Shown piece after piece: positions 19,301-31,885 of a stretch of 64,000 nucleotides of DNA. Under the pieces are notes generated by a model that made no database searches, was not told the origin of the DNA, and saw only the letters and a list, made by a program, of their open reading frames with translations. Within the stretch, counting starts at the first letter, position 1. Each line of letters starts with the position of its first letter. Made by a program: the position numbers and the translations under genes. The stretch is from Azolla caroliniana (taxonomy: Eukaryota > Plantae > Polypodiophyta), in NCBI GenBank assembly GCA_043228905.1, contig JBHGNT010000009.1, forward strand, positions 19,158,001 through 19,222,000, given 5' to 3'.

Positions 19301-22297
19301 TATTGATGCCACACCATTACCACATTATGAACAACGATTACTCGACTCTATTTTAGATGATTTTCAAGATGTGTTTCCTAACGAATTGCTGCTTACTTTA
19401 CCACTAAAACGTAATGTGTACCATCAAATTGAACTCATCCCCGGTGTTGCTCCTGTGAGCATTCCACCTTACCGACTTAGTCGATTAGAAGGGGATGAGA
19501 TCTCTAAACAACTTAAGGAATACTTGAGTATGGGCCACATTAGATATAGTAAATCACCTTGGAGTGCGCCAGTTTTATTAGTAAAGAAGAAGGAAGGTTC
19601 ATGGCGGATGTGTATCAATTATCGCCGTTTGAATAAAATGACAATTAAAAATGCATATCTGTTACCTCGTGCCGATGATTTGATTGATCGTTTGCATGGG
19701 GCCCGATATTTTACGAAAATTGACTTACGGACAGGCTATCATCAGTTTCGCATTATCGAGGATGATATTCCTAAAACCGCTTTTCGTACGCGCTATGGCC
19801 ATTATAAGTTTTTAGTCATGCCTTTTGGGTTGACTAATGCTCCAGGCACATTCCAACAAGCGATGAATGACGTTTTCCGAGATCAACTCGGTGATTTTGT
19901 TGTCGTCTTCTTGGATGATATTTTGATATATAGCCGTACCTTGCAAGATCATGTTCAACATGTTCGATTTGTTTTGCAAAAGTTGCGTGACAACTCTTTC
20001 TATGCAAAACATTCAAAGTGTGATTATTTCCAAAAATCTATTGTGTACCTAGGTCATTTAATTACGGAAAATGGTGTTGAAATTGAATCTTCTCCTATTT
20101 AAAAGATTAAACTTTGGCCCATTCCTCGTAATATTCGTGAACTGCGATCATTCTTAGGGTTTGTTGGATTTTTACGAAAATCAATTCGTACCTATTCCAA
20201 ATTAACTACGCCATTAACAGACCTTTTAAAAGGTCATCCACGTAAGTCTATCAAACCAATTGCATGGAATGAACAACTTGACAAATCATTTGAGACTCTC
20301 AAAGAGCATGTGTGTTAGGCTCCCATGCTTCTATTACCGGACCCTTCTAAGCCTTTCTCAATCGAAACCGATGCTTGTGATTATGTTATTGGTGTCATTC
20401 TTTATTCAAGGCAGTCACCCTATTGCTTTTGAAAGTAAGAAACTTGATGCTGCTCAATCTCAGTATTCGATTCAAGAGAAAGAGTTGTTTGCAGTAATAC
20501 ATGCACTTAAAACATGGAGGCACTATCTCTATGAAAATAAATTTGTGGTTACAACAGACCATCAATCATTGAAGTATTTTTGTGACTAGCTAGATCCTAT
20601 TGGTCGTAAAGGCCGTTGGGCTGACCTTATGCAAGATTTTGATTTTTCCATACGATATCACAACGGTTCTACAAACACTATTGCGGATGCTCTTAGTCGC
20701 ATTAAAGAAGTTAACATGCTTAGCTTCACGGAAATAAAATCTAATCTTTTAGATCACCTTCAAGGGAAATACCTTGATGAGAGTTATTTTTCGAAATATT
20801 GGACGAAAGCCGAATCTGGTTTAGATGTCGATACTAGCACCATACCCTCGAAGGTGACCTTTCACATTACAAACGGTTTGCTCTGCCATAGTGGAAAGGT
20901 CTATGTTCTAGATTTACCAAATGTAAAATAGAAAATTCTTCATGAATAATGTCATGATGCACCATCTGTTGGTCATCCTGGAATACAACACACACTCGTT
21001 CTCATCTCGAGTACTTTTTTCTAGCCTAAGATGCACTTTGATGTGCATAAATACGTAACTCAATGCTTCCAATGTCAAATTAATAAGTCAGAACGACTTA
21101 AAGTTACGCGTCTTTTACATCCCTTAGATATTCCCAACAACAAATGGGAAAGTATCTCGATGGATTTTATTGTTAGTTTACCTCGTACACAGAGGGGTCA
21201 TGATACCATTTGGGTTGTCGTTGACAGACTAACAAAATTGGCTAGATTTATTCCAACCAAAACTATGGTAACCACTCAACAATTGGCTTATCAATTTGTT
21301 GATGAGTTATTTCGCTTTTATGGATTACCGATGGATATTGTTAGTGATCGAGATTCCAAGTTTACTAGTGACTTTTGGACTCAAGTCTTTAAGAAACTAG
21401 AAACTACGTTGAGCATGAGTTCCACAGACCATCCTCAGTCTGATGGAAAAACTTATACAAAATTATTGAGGACATGCTTCGAGCTTATGTAGCAAAAAAC
21501 CCCTTCTAAGTGGGAGCAATACCTTCCTATCTTAGAATTTGCCTATAGTAGCTCTAAGCATACATCCACTGGATATAGTCCTTTTATGTTGATGTATGGT
21601 TTTCAGCCACGTGCCCCAGTTGATGTCATGATTCATTGTGATACATTAGACAGTACATGCAATTTTTTGCAAGACATGAACCAAATGTTGCATATTGCCA
21701 AAGAAAATGTCAAAAAGGCTCAAGATTGTGCTAGATTGTATGTTGATCAGGATAGACGTCCTCGTGCACTTACTATTGGTCAAAAAGTTTTTCTACGTGT
21801 CCCTACTGACTCTACTTCATTGTCTACGGGCAAGTGCGCTAAGTTAGCCCCACGATATTGTGGCCTATTTGAGATCCTTAAGCGGGTTGGTTCATTTTCT
21901 TATCACCTTTCCTTACCCCGTAACATTGGTATTGATCCTGTTTTTCATGTTAGTCGTCTACAACCATTTTTCGGCTCTGGTGATAACACCATCACAATCC
22001 AAGATCTTGTAACATTAGAGGATTTTTCTTACAAACATCATGTTCTTGAACGAATTCTTGATTCTCGTACTAAATGTTTACGTTCTAAAGAGATTCGGCT
22101 ATTCAAGGTCAAATGGATGGATAAACCTATTGATGATGCCACATGGGAACGCCAACATACTCTTAAGGCACAATTTCCTCACTTTATATTACAAGAGTGC
22201 AATCTTTTGAAGTAGGGGAGTATGTTATGTACACATAACGTTGGTGAGGGTAGATCACCAATATTTATATTAGTGAAGGGTAGGTTCACTAATGTTA
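16372..22297 (+). mobile_element. Element F: degenerate chromovirus with iMet PBS and truncated 3' LTR
   Basis: 5' LTR 16372-16875, PBS TGGTATCAGAGC 16877-16888, PPT ~22210-22222, 3' LTR stub 22223-22297. Confidence 0.88.
18453..22215 (+). pseudogene. F gag-pol pseudogene (internally deleted gag, PR, RT, RH, INT, chromodomain)
   Basis: [29 protein letters not shown], and chromodomain ERILDSR...KVKW...ATWE. Several stops and frameshifts. Confidence 0.9.
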
Positions 22298-22780
22298 CAT
22301 GTTCTGACAATCACAAAGAACCTGGTGTCAGTCGCACAAATCGTCGACTAGGGAATGCAGATACGGTTTACGCACCTCGACTGCTTCATTGAGGAAGAAG
22401 GCCGGATAATTGCGCAAGGGCGCAAAGACGGGAGAATGTTCATCCTCGACGCCAACGACATCGGCACCGCCTTGGCAGGCTTCACATATTTGGGCCATCT
22501 GGCCACTGAATTTCAGCAATCCGAAAACACCCTATTTCGATTGCAGATCTTGAAGCCTCCGGTAGTTGACGTCACCGATCAAGTGTTCTATCCTTTGGCA
22601 AACAAAGCGGTGCCGACGTCATTGGCGTCGAGGCTGAATATCCTCCCGTCTTTGCACCCTTGCATAATTATCCGGCCATCTTCCTCAATGAAGCACCTGA
22701 GGTGCATAAACCGCATCTGCATTCCCTGGTCAACAATTTGTCCGACTGACACTACGTTCTTTGTGATTTTTGGAACATAT
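22298..22780. repeat. Imperfect inverted repeat of Copia pol sequence, arms about 175 bp
   Basis: 22298-22470 (plus) is the reverse complement of ~22607-22780, with a spacer of about 135 nt. Confidence 0.8.
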
Positions 22781-25700
22781 AGTACGTTTATCAACTTTCC
22801 TTTTTGCCCAACATGGCTTCAGGGGACTTCTTCGACATGCACAATCGGGCGAGGGGTGTCTTCTCTAGTTTCGATGATTCCCCGTTGTTCCGGTTTTTCC
22901 AAAAACGAGAACCACTCTTCGTGGCTTGTCCTGTGGTTTGAGGCTCCGGAATCAACATACCATACTTCCTCCGCTTTGGAAGTAGTCTTCTTCATCGAGT
23001 TAGCCTTGTGCTTCATCATAAAGGCTAGCCCATTTCCGGTTTTCCCAGTTCCAGATCCTTTCGATCCTTCTGCATAGTGCGAGCTTTGCCGGTTTCCCTG
23101 TATAACCTTGCCTGATCAAATTTGTCTAAATCGGCGCGCTTCTTCCAGCACTCACTTTCTCCATGGCCTTTCTTGCCACAATACCAGCATTCTGTGTCGG
23201 CCTTCCCTTGCTAGTGTCCAACACCGTTTTGACTCCCTCTGCTCGTGGAGGGTCTGGAACTGATGTCGACACTTTCTTGGTGCGACCGATTCTATTCTTG
23301 ACGACTGACCCACCTCGTCCTCCACGCCCATGGGACCGGTCCACCTCCGTGTACAACATCCCGTTGTCTGGTTGAGTGGTCCTCGACCCACTCGTGTGGT
23401 TTCCTTCGACCATCAGCATCGAATGCAGGTTAAAGAAGGATGGTGGCTTCTCCTAGGTGCAAATCACCGTCCGGATTGGCCTGTACCATTGTGTTAGACC
23501 ACCAAGGCAGATTTGTACCCTTTCGTTTTCGTCCACCGTCACATTGATGGACCTAAGCACATCACAAATCTCCTTTATTTTGGTGGTGTACTCCGTAACC
23601 GACATAGCTCTCTGTCGGATGTTGTCCAACTCTTGTCGGAGCTGCACCTTACGGGTTGTGGTACTTGCGGCAAAAAACTTCCGAAGATTTTCTCAGGCCT
23701 CCTTGATGTAGCCGAACATCTAATTATGCACACAGAATGCTAGGCAGTACAACACTCTACTCGCTCCTTGTTCCCATGTTGGGAGCTCCTTGTGTGCTGG
23801 TGTGAAATGTTACGTGCGGAAGCTATGCGAAACACAGAATACCGACAGAGAAAAATCAGGTTTAATGGAGAGCTTAAGACACAATGTACGCGGGAGAGAC
23901 AGAGAGGGAAAAACACACAGAAAAACTAAATTCAAAATAATGTGTAAAAACTCTATACATAGGATATGCTCAGAGAGCACTTTTATAGAAGTCCATACGG
24001 ACTAACAGAAGTACTAACACGTACTTCAATGCTCATAACTGAGCTCCTACACTAACTCCCAGATATATTCCCTCGCGGAATATTTGTTCAACGGTCTCCC
24101 GGTTTCCGCACCGACCCAGCCTCTTGTTGCGCACCAGTTTGCGCACCGGTTTGCACACCAGTTTACGGACCGGTTTACGCACCGATTTGGCCAATGTTGA
24201 GCTTGTATCTCAACACTCCCCCTCAAGATAAACTTGAGGCTCTTCCGGTCCTTCGCTCCGGTTTCTCTTGGCTTCACGCCTCTCTCGCGCTCCTCGACCA
24301 GTTCGATTCCGAGCGCCTCGACCCTTACAGTCGGCTTGCCAGCTCGTGCAGCCTTTTCTAACTCCCTTGCTATCACGGTGTTGGCGCCTCTTCTGCTGCC
24401 CTTTATTTCTCTTGGCCTTCAATTGATTTTGCGTCTCTGAATCAAATATCCAAGCTGAATCGATTGCCTCCGATTCGTCTCTGCTTCTGTCTGAATTGGC
24501 TATCTCCAATTCGTCCTCAATCTTGGCCTTCTCGCCCTTGTTGGCTTCATCTCCCTCATGTTTGGCTGGCTCCCACTCTTTCTTTTGGCTATTGCCCTCT
24601 CGTCCGCTTCCGGACTCTTCCGTGGATCTGCCTTCGGCTTCTTCAACCGACACTAAATTGAATTCGTTGTTCGATTTGATGTCACGAACACTTCCGCTCC
24701 TTTCCGTAGTCTTGCGGGACTTTTCTCCCCCTCAAGTTCGGCACGTCAAGGTGCCACAACCCAAGCACACCCGAGAATTGCCGCAACATGTCTAGACCAA
24801 GGGGCTTGGTGAAAATGTCAGCGGTTTGCCAATCCGTCGAAACATACTAAAGTTCAAATTCACAATAGAGGACACGCTCACGGATAAATTGGTAGTCCAC
24901 CTCAATGTGCTTAGTCTGGGCGTGGAAGACGGGGTTCTTCATAAGTTGGATGTTGTTGAGGTTGTTGCAGTAGATCGTCGTCAGATCAGACACCTCCACC
25001 TGCAGATCCTTAAGTAGCCACTTCAGCCATATGGCTTCCCATGTTGCAACAGCCACTCCTTGATACTCAGCCTCTTGCTACCTCATGCGATCATGGCGCT
25101 CCCAAGGGACAATGCGAATCTGGATGTGGATCGGCAATCACCGGCGTTTCCGGCCCAGTCGGCATCCACATAGCCGACTAGCTACACAATAGTACTGGTC
25201 CGATATAGTAGCCCCTAGTCCTTAGTGCCACTGACATACTAGAGTACGCGTTGCGCGCACTGAAGGTGCTCCTCGGTTGGCCGCACCATGTACTAACTAA
25301 TCAAGCCAACCGGGTAGCTGAGGTCCGATCGGGTGATAGTCAAGTATATGAAGCTTCCGACAATCTGTCAGAACCTTTTCGGGTCGTAGACATTTCCGGA
25401 GTTGGGGCGAAGCTTCATGGTTCTGTCAAGAGGAGTTGAGACAGACTTAAAGTCCGCCATCCCGAACTTGAAGAGCATACTCAGCACGTAATGTTGTTGG
25501 CTGATCAGTATGCCTTCGGGGGTTCGGATCACTTCGATCCCGAGAAAGTAATGAAGGTCCCCCAGGTCTTCCATATCAAATGATGTCGCAAGCTACAACT
25601 TTACATGGTCAATTTCAGCCAGGTCGACGCCGGTGATGACGAAGTCATCAACATAAAGTAAAATACTAACCGGCCCAAGTTTACCCTACCAGACAAACAA

Positions 25701-26195
25701 TGAAGAGTTCGATTTGGACGTCACAAATCCCATCCGATGCAATCGTTGTGTGATCTTCGCGTTCCAGGCACGGGGGGCTTGCTTTAGACCACCGAAGTGT
25801 TCGTTCCGAGGGGTTGTACCATGTACACTTGTTCCTCAAGATTGCCTTGCAAGAACGCATTCTTTACATCCATCTGATGTAAGTGCCACCCCTTTGTTGC
25901 AGCTACCACAAACAAAACACAGACGGTCGTCATCTTCGCGATTGGCACAAACGTCTCATCGTAAATCATGTCCTGTTGACCAAGCCGATGGTGTTGTACT
26001 TGACCTTGTACACCCTCCTGCATCTAATCGCCTTTACACCCTTGGGGGCGTCAACCAGGTCCGAAGTTTCATTGTTCGCAAGTGCGTTCATCTCTTCCTC
26101 CATGGCGGCAGGCCAATTCGCGTCCTTTGCCGCTTCTGCGTAGCTCTCCTTCTCATGCACTTCCGCTACACGTTTCAGGTATGCATAGTGATGCG

Positions 26196-26983
26196 TGTTG
26201 GGATTTACGGTCCCTCCGGATGGGATGTCCGGAGATGAATGACGGCAAGCCCGGTTGCGGTTACGGAACCGGAGGATGAAGAGTACCCGGCTACGGAGCC
26301 GGATGATGTAGACCCCGGCTACGGAGCCGGATGATGAAGACCCCGGTTACGGAGCCGGACGACGAAGACCCGGCTACGGAGCCGGATGATGAAGACCCCG
26401 GTTACAGAGCCGGACGACGAAGACCCGGCTACGGAGCCGGATGATGAAGACCCCGGTTACGGAGCCGGATGACGAAGACCCGGTTACGGAGCCGGATGAT
26501 GAATGTACCCGGAGAGAGATCCGGATGCGGGGACATATTTGTGAATATGTTTGCCAAGGGCCCTTGTGGCTATATTTGTAAATAGCCGGAAAGTCATATG
26601 TGTATAAATATGACTTAGGGCAAACAGTTTTATGTTGCTACTCATTTTTCTGTTTTTCCACTTAGAGAGAGTGAAGAGAGCAGCCGAGAGAGAGAGAGAA
26701 AGAGAGAGAGACGAAGAGGTCGTTTCCTCTGTGTATTACCGCCGCCTGTGGCGAAGACAGTGAGCTCAAGGTTGTTGCCTTGAAGCTTCACCATTGTACA
26801 TCTCTGTTCATAGTGATAGTTGGAGTTTGAGGACTCCCGTGGTTTTTTCCCGTATAGGGTTTTCCACGTTAATCCCTGTGTTATCGTGTCTTTCTCTGTG
26901 TTTCCTATTTTCTGCTGCATTGATTCGTGATTTCTCGGTTGTGGCCGAACGGTGAAGGTGAATCGGAGCGTTGATTCGCAACA
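26196..26983 (+). repeat. 5' LTR of E with a 28-29 bp tandem array (~26261-26510)
   Basis: About 8 copies of GGAGCCGGATGATGAAGACC(C)CGG(C/T)TAC. Confidence 0.95.
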
Positions 26984-27013
26984 AGTGGTATCAGAGCGAC
27001 GGCAGTGCAGAAA

Positions 27014-30000
27014 ATGGAAGGCGGCAGCAGCGGGCAGCCGGGGATGATGGTGCTGAATGCGCAGAACTACGCCGACTGGAAGATCAAGATGGAGGATCTT
27101 CTGATTGTTCGGGACCTGTACGAACCGATTGACAGGTCGGAAATACCGAAGGGGGTACTTGAGACGGAATGGAGGCTTCTGAACCGGAAAGCCGTTGCAA
27201 CCATTCGGCAATACGTCGACGTGAGCGTTCTACAACATGTGGCGAACGACACCAACGCATATGAGATGTGGCGGAAGCTGTCGGGCCTCTACGAGAGGAA
27301 GAATGCGTTGAACCGGACCTCCCTGATGAGGAAGATAGTGAACCTCAAGTACCGGGACGGCGAGAGCATGGTGGAACACGTAAGCACGTTCATGGGATTC
27401 GTGAACCAGCTTGCGGCAATCAAGTTCCCGCTGGAGGATGCAATGCAAGCCATCATTCTGATGTGTACATTGCCGGAAAGCTGGGAGAACTTGGTGGTGA
27501 CTCTCAGCACCTCCTGCACCGAAGATAACTTGTCTCTACAAACGGTAAAGACAAGTATTTTGAACGAAGAAGCGCGTCGGAGAGATAAAGAACCGGCCTC
27601 CGACCCGAAGGCACTGCTTACCGAATCGGATCGGGGAAGACAATGGAACCGGAGTCCGCAAAGACGGGAGAAGTCGGGGACCCGGTCGCAGTCAAGAGGA
27701 AGGCCCACATGCTTCCACTGTGGGAAGCCGGGGCACTTCCGGAAGAATTGTCGGCATTACCGAAAAGACAACGGAGCCGACGACACCGATTCGAAGAAGT
27801 CACCGGAGAGAAACGGTGCATACCGGGGAGCCACGGACCGGAGAGGTCCGGATCGGCGAGGGCAGGACCGGAAAGGAACGACGGCACTCGCGGCAAGTGA
27901 AGAAGAAATAATGCTCATTACCGAAGAGAGGGAGCTGAACCTTGCCGGTGAAGAGATGACCTGGGTGGTCGATTCCGGAGCGTCGTTCCACCTGACCCCG
28001 GAGAAGAATTACTTCTCATCCTACATAGCCGGTGAGCACGGCTGTGTCCGGATGGGAAATGAAGGTACGTGCCGGATTGCCGGCATAGGAGACGTGTGGC
28101 TGATGACATCAACCGGATGCAAGATGCTGCTGAAGGATGTTCGACACGTTCCGGAGGTTCGATTGAACCTGATTTCGGCCGGGAGGCTAGACGATGAAGG
28201 CTACACGGGTAGCATCTGGAACGGTGTCATGAAGTTCAGCAAGGGGAGCCTGATAGTGGCTCGGGCCCGGAAGGTCAACACACTGTACCTGATGAATTCC
28301 CGGCTATGTCCCGAGGAGTTGAATGTGGCAGCCGACACTGCCGGTGAGCTGTGGCACAAGAGACTGTGCCACATGAGTGAGAAGGGGATGAAGAGGCTTG
28401 CAGAAGACAACCTTATTCCAGTGAAGCATGTGCACCTGGAGAAGTGCACCGACTGTCTGGCCGGTAAGCAAAACCGGACCTCCTTCCACTCAAGGCCACC
28501 GACGAGACGTAGCGCACCATTGGAGCTGGTGCACACCGACGTGTGTCAAGTAGAAACGAAGTCACATGGCGGAGCCCAGTACTTCGTGACATTCATAGAT
28601 GACCATAGCCGGAAGCTGTGGACGGCACCGTTGAAGACAAAGGACCAAGTATTGTCCGTCTTCAAAGAACTCCACGCGAGAGTGGAAAGAGAATCCGGCA
28701 AGAAGCTGAAAGCGATACGAGCGGATAACGGAGGAGAATACCGAGGGCAATTTGAGGAGTATTGCCGTTCGATGGGAATCCGGCTCGAGTTTACCGTGCC
28801 GAAGACGCCGGAACTGAACGGGCTGGCCGAGAGGATGAACCGGACCATAATGGAGAGGGTCCGGAGTATGCTGGCGCATGCAAAATTACCCAAGGGGTTT
28901 TGGGCTGAGGCAATGTCGACGGCGACATACGTGATAAACAGATCACCCTCAGTACCTTTGGACGGAGACACGCCGCAGAAAGTGTGGACTGGTAAGGAAG
29001 TGTCCTACCGGCACCTGAAGGTGTTCGGGTGTCTCGCATACGTGCATGTGGCAAAGGACCGGAGAGGAAAGCTAGATCCAAAGACCCGGCCATGCATATT
29101 CCTCGGTTACGGCGACGATGAGTTCGGCTACCGAGTATGGGACCCGGTCGACAAGAAGATATTCAGGAGTCGAGATATCATCTTCATGGAGGACAAGACA
29201 CTCGCCGACTGGGAGTCGGAGAAGAAGATGAAGAGCTCCAAGTCGACCGGTGAGGATCAACTCTACAAGGAGCAGTCCCGACCGGCAAGGGACTGGTTAG
29301 CACTCGAGGATCCGGCCGAAGACGGTGAAGAATCAGAACCGGCCGAAGAAGATGAAAATGATACCGGAATCGGCCCCGATCCCGAAATGGATTCAGATGA
29401 AGAAGAATCGGAAGAACCGGTTACCGAAGCCCCGGAACGGAGATATCCTCTAAGAGAGAGAAGGGCCCCCCGGAGATTTCCGGAACCAGAGCACGTGCTG
29501 CTAACCGACGAGGGGGAGCCGGAGAATTTTGAAGAAGCAGAGCTTGACACACATAGCCGCAGGTGGTTAAGTGCCATGCAGAAGGAGATGGATTCCCTGC
29601 ATGAGAACCACACATATGAACTTGTGGAGTTGCCGAAAGGAAAGCGGGCACTTCGAAACAAGTGGGTGTTCAAGCTGAAACCGGGAGATGCCGGAAACCC
29701 CCCGAGATACAAAGCCAGGATCGTGGTGAAGGGGTTCCAGCAGAAGAAGGGCGTCGACTTCGACGAGATATTTGCCCCGGTAGTGAAGATGACCTCCATC
29801 CGGACGGTGCTGAGCATAGCGGCAAGCATGGACCTCGAGGTAGAACAGATGGACGTGAAGACGGCATTCCTTCACGGTGACCTCGAAGAAGAGATCTACA
29901 TGCAGCAACCGGAAGGATTCGAGAAGAAAGGGAAGGAGCACCTGGTATGCCGGTTGAAGAAGAGCCTTTACGGTCTGAAGCAGGCTCCCCGGCAATGGTA

Positions 30001-31087
30001 CCGGAAGTTCGACTCCTTCATGACAGATGAAGGGTACCACAAAACGCAGTCCGATCACTGCGTGTTTGTGAAGAAGTTCGAAGGAGGAGACTTTCTAATA
30101 CTCCTCCTGTACGTGGACGACATGTTGATCGTCGGACGAGACCAGGTCAAGATACGGATGCTGAAGAAGGCTCTTCACCGAACCTTCTCAATGAAGGACC
30201 TGGGTCCGGCGAGGCAAATACTAGGGATGCACATCATCCGGGACCGGAAGAAGAAGCAGTTGTGGCTGTCACAGGAGAAGTACGTGACAAAGGTGCTTCA
30301 CCGGTTCAACATGTCGGAAGCAAGACCGGTCGGGTCGACCCTCCCGGCAAACTGCAAACTGTCCAGGAAGCAAAGCCCCAAGACAAAGGCTGAGAAGGAG
30401 GACATGATGAAAGTACCATATGCCTCTGCCGTCGGGAGCTTGATGTACGCGATGGTGTGTACCCGACCGGACATAGGATATGCAGTCGGAGTGGTGAGCC
30501 GGTACATGAGCAATCCCGGCAAAGAGCACTGGAACGCGGTCAAGTGGATACTCCGATACCTGAAGGGCACGGCAAACATGTGCCTCCGATTCGGCTCCGG
30601 TAAGCCCGAACTCGATGGATTTACCGATTCGGATATGTCGGCTGATGCAGATACCAGCCGGTCCACATCAGGGTATGTGATGACGTATGCAGGGGGAGCT
30701 GTTTCATGGCAGTCGAGGCTGCAGAAGACGGTTGCACTGTCAACCACGGAGGCGGAGTACATGGCAGCTGTTGAAGCCGGCAAAGAAATAATATGGATGA
30801 AGGACTTCATTAGAGAGCTCGGTATCCGGCAGGAGGAGTACCGACTCTACTGCGACAGTCAGAGTGCCATCCACCTTGCGAAGAACGCGGCCTATCACTC
30901 CCGGACGAAGCACATCCAGCGAAGATATCACTGGATCCGGGAAAGGATAGAAGACAAGGAGTTCGTGCTGACGAAGATCCACACGGACGAGAACGGGTCG
31001 GATATGCTGACTAAGGTACTTACACCCGACAAGCTGGAAGCATGCCGGAAGAGGATCGGATTGGAGAGACATCCCATGCCGAAGTGA
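27014..31087 (+). CDS. E Gag-Pol polyprotein (gag, zinc knuckle, PR, INT, RT, RNase H)
   Basis: Uninterrupted ORF with first ATG at 27014. Motifs CFHCGKPGHFRKNC, WVVDSGAS, DNGGEY, YVDD, KHIQRRYHWIRE. Confidence 0.96.
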   Translation: MEGGSSGQPGMMVLNAQNYADWKIKMEDLLIVRDLYEPIDRSEIPKGVLETEWRLLNRKAVATIRQYVDVSVLQHVANDTNAYEMWRKLSGLYERKNALNRTSLMRKIVNLKYRDGESMVEHVSTFMGFVNQLAAIKFPLEDAMQAIILMCTLPESWENLVVTLSTSCTEDNLSLQTVKTSILNEEARRRDKEPASDPKALLTESDRGRQWNRSPQRREKSGTRSQSRGRPTCFHCGKPGHFRKNCRHYRKDNGADDTDSKKSPERNGAYRGATDRRGPDRRGQDRKGTTALAASEEEIMLITEERELNLAGEEMTWVVDSGASFHLTPEKNYFSSYIAGEHGCVRMGNEGTCRIAGIGDVWLMTSTGCKMLLKDVRHVPEVRLNLISAGRLDDEGYTGSIWNGVMKFSKGSLIVARARKVNTLYLMNSRLCPEELNVAADTAGELWHKRLCHMSEKGMKRLAEDNLIPVKHVHLEKCTDCLAGKQNRTSFHSRPPTRRSAPLELVHTDVCQVETKSHGGAQYFVTFIDDHSRKLWTAPLKTKDQVLSVFKELHARVERESGKKLKAIRADNGGEYRGQFEEYCRSMGIRLEFTVPKTPELNGLAERMNRTIMERVRSMLAHAKLPKGFWAEAMSTATYVINRSPSVPLDGDTPQKVWTGKEVSYRHLKVFGCLAYVHVAKDRRGKLDPKTRPCIFLGYGDDEFGYRVWDPVDKKIFRSRDIIFMEDKTLADWESEKKMKSSKSTGEDQLYKEQSRPARDWLALEDPAEDGEESEPAEEDENDTGIGPDPEMDSDEEESEEPVTEAPERRYPLRERRAPRRFPEPEHVLLTDEGEPENFEEAELDTHSRRWLSAMQKEMDSLHENHTYELVELPKGKRALRNKWVFKLKPGDAGNPPRYKARIVVKGFQQKKGVDFDEIFAPVVKMTSIRTVLSIAASMDLEVEQMDVKTAFLHGDLEEEIYMQQPEGFEKKGKEHLVCRLKKSLYGLKQAPRQWYRKFDSFMTDEGYHKTQSDHCVFVKKFEGGDFLILLLYVDDMLIVGRDQVKIRMLKKALHRTFSMKDLGPARQILGMHIIRDRKKKQLWLSQEKYVTKVLHRFNMSEARPVGSTLPANCKLSRKQSPKTKAEKEDMMKVPYASAVGSLMYAMVCTRPDIGYAVGVVSRYMSNPGKEHWNAVKWILRYLKGTANMCLRFGSGKPELDGFTDSDMSADADTSRSTSGYVMTYAGGAVSWQSRLQKTVALSTTEAEYMAAVEAGKEIIWMKDFIRELGIRQEEYRLYCDSQSAIHLAKNAAYHSRTKHIQRRYHWIRERIEDKEFVLTKIHTDENGSDMLTKVLTPDKLEACRKRIGLERHPMPK

Positions 31088-31097
31088 AGGGGGAGTT

Positions 31098-31885
31098 TGT
31101 TGGGATTTACGGTCCCTCCGGATGGGATGTCCGGAGATGAATGACGGCAAGCCCGGTTGCGGTTACGGAACCGGAGGATGAAGAGTACCCGGCTACGGAG
31201 CCGGATGATGTAGACCCCGGCTACGGAGCCGGATGATGAAGACCCCGGTTACGGAGCCGGACGACGAAGACCCGGCTACGGAGCCGGATGATGAAGACCT
31301 CGGTTACGGAGCCGGACGACGAAGACCCGGCTACGGAGCCGGATGATGAAGACCCCGGTTACGGAGCCGGATGACGAAGACCCGGTTACGGAGCCGGATG
31401 ATGAATGTACCCGGAGAGAGATCCGGATGCGGGGACATATTTGTGAATATGTTTGCCAAGGGCCCTTGTGGCTATATTTGTAAATAGCCGGAAAGTCATA
31501 TGTGTATAAATATGACTTAGGGCAAACAGTTTTATGTTGCTACTCATTTTTCTGTTTTTCCACTTAGAGAGAGTGAAGAGAGCAGCCGAGAGAGAGAGAG
31601 AAAGAGAGAGAGACGAAGAGGTCGTTGCCTCTGTGTATTACCGCCGCCTGTGGCGAAGACAGTGAGCTCAAGGTTGTTGCCTTGAAGCTTCACCATTGTA
31701 CATCTCTGTTCATAGTGATAGTTGGAGTTTGAGGACTCCCGTGGTTTTTTCCCGTATAGGGTTTTCCACGTTAATCCCTGTGTTATCGTGTCTTTCTCTG
31801 TGTTTCCTATTTTCTGCTGCATTGATTCGTGATTTCTCGGTTGTGGCCGAACGGTGAAGGTGAATCGGAGCGTTGATTCGCAACA
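31098..31885 (+). repeat. 3' LTR of E
   Basis: Direct repeat of 26196-26983. Confidence 0.96.

Larger units (their letters stand above)
26196..31885 (+). mobile_element. Element E: intact Tnt1/Tork-like Copia
   Basis: TSD ATGCG at 26191-26195 and 31886-31890. 788-bp LTRs with 3 differences seen by eye. PBS 26986-26997, PPT 31086-31095. Confidence 0.97.

Noticed and set aside
26261-26510. CRISPR-like regular repeats (also 7960-8215, 31163-31412, 35595-35790)
   Set aside because: Head-to-tail units without unique spacers, inside LTR U3 regions, with no cas genes.
26642-27211. 189-aa and 199-aa (31544-32143) antisense ORFs with similar C-termini
   Set aside because: The similarity reflects the two LTR copies; they cross LTR boundaries and a (GA)n tract.
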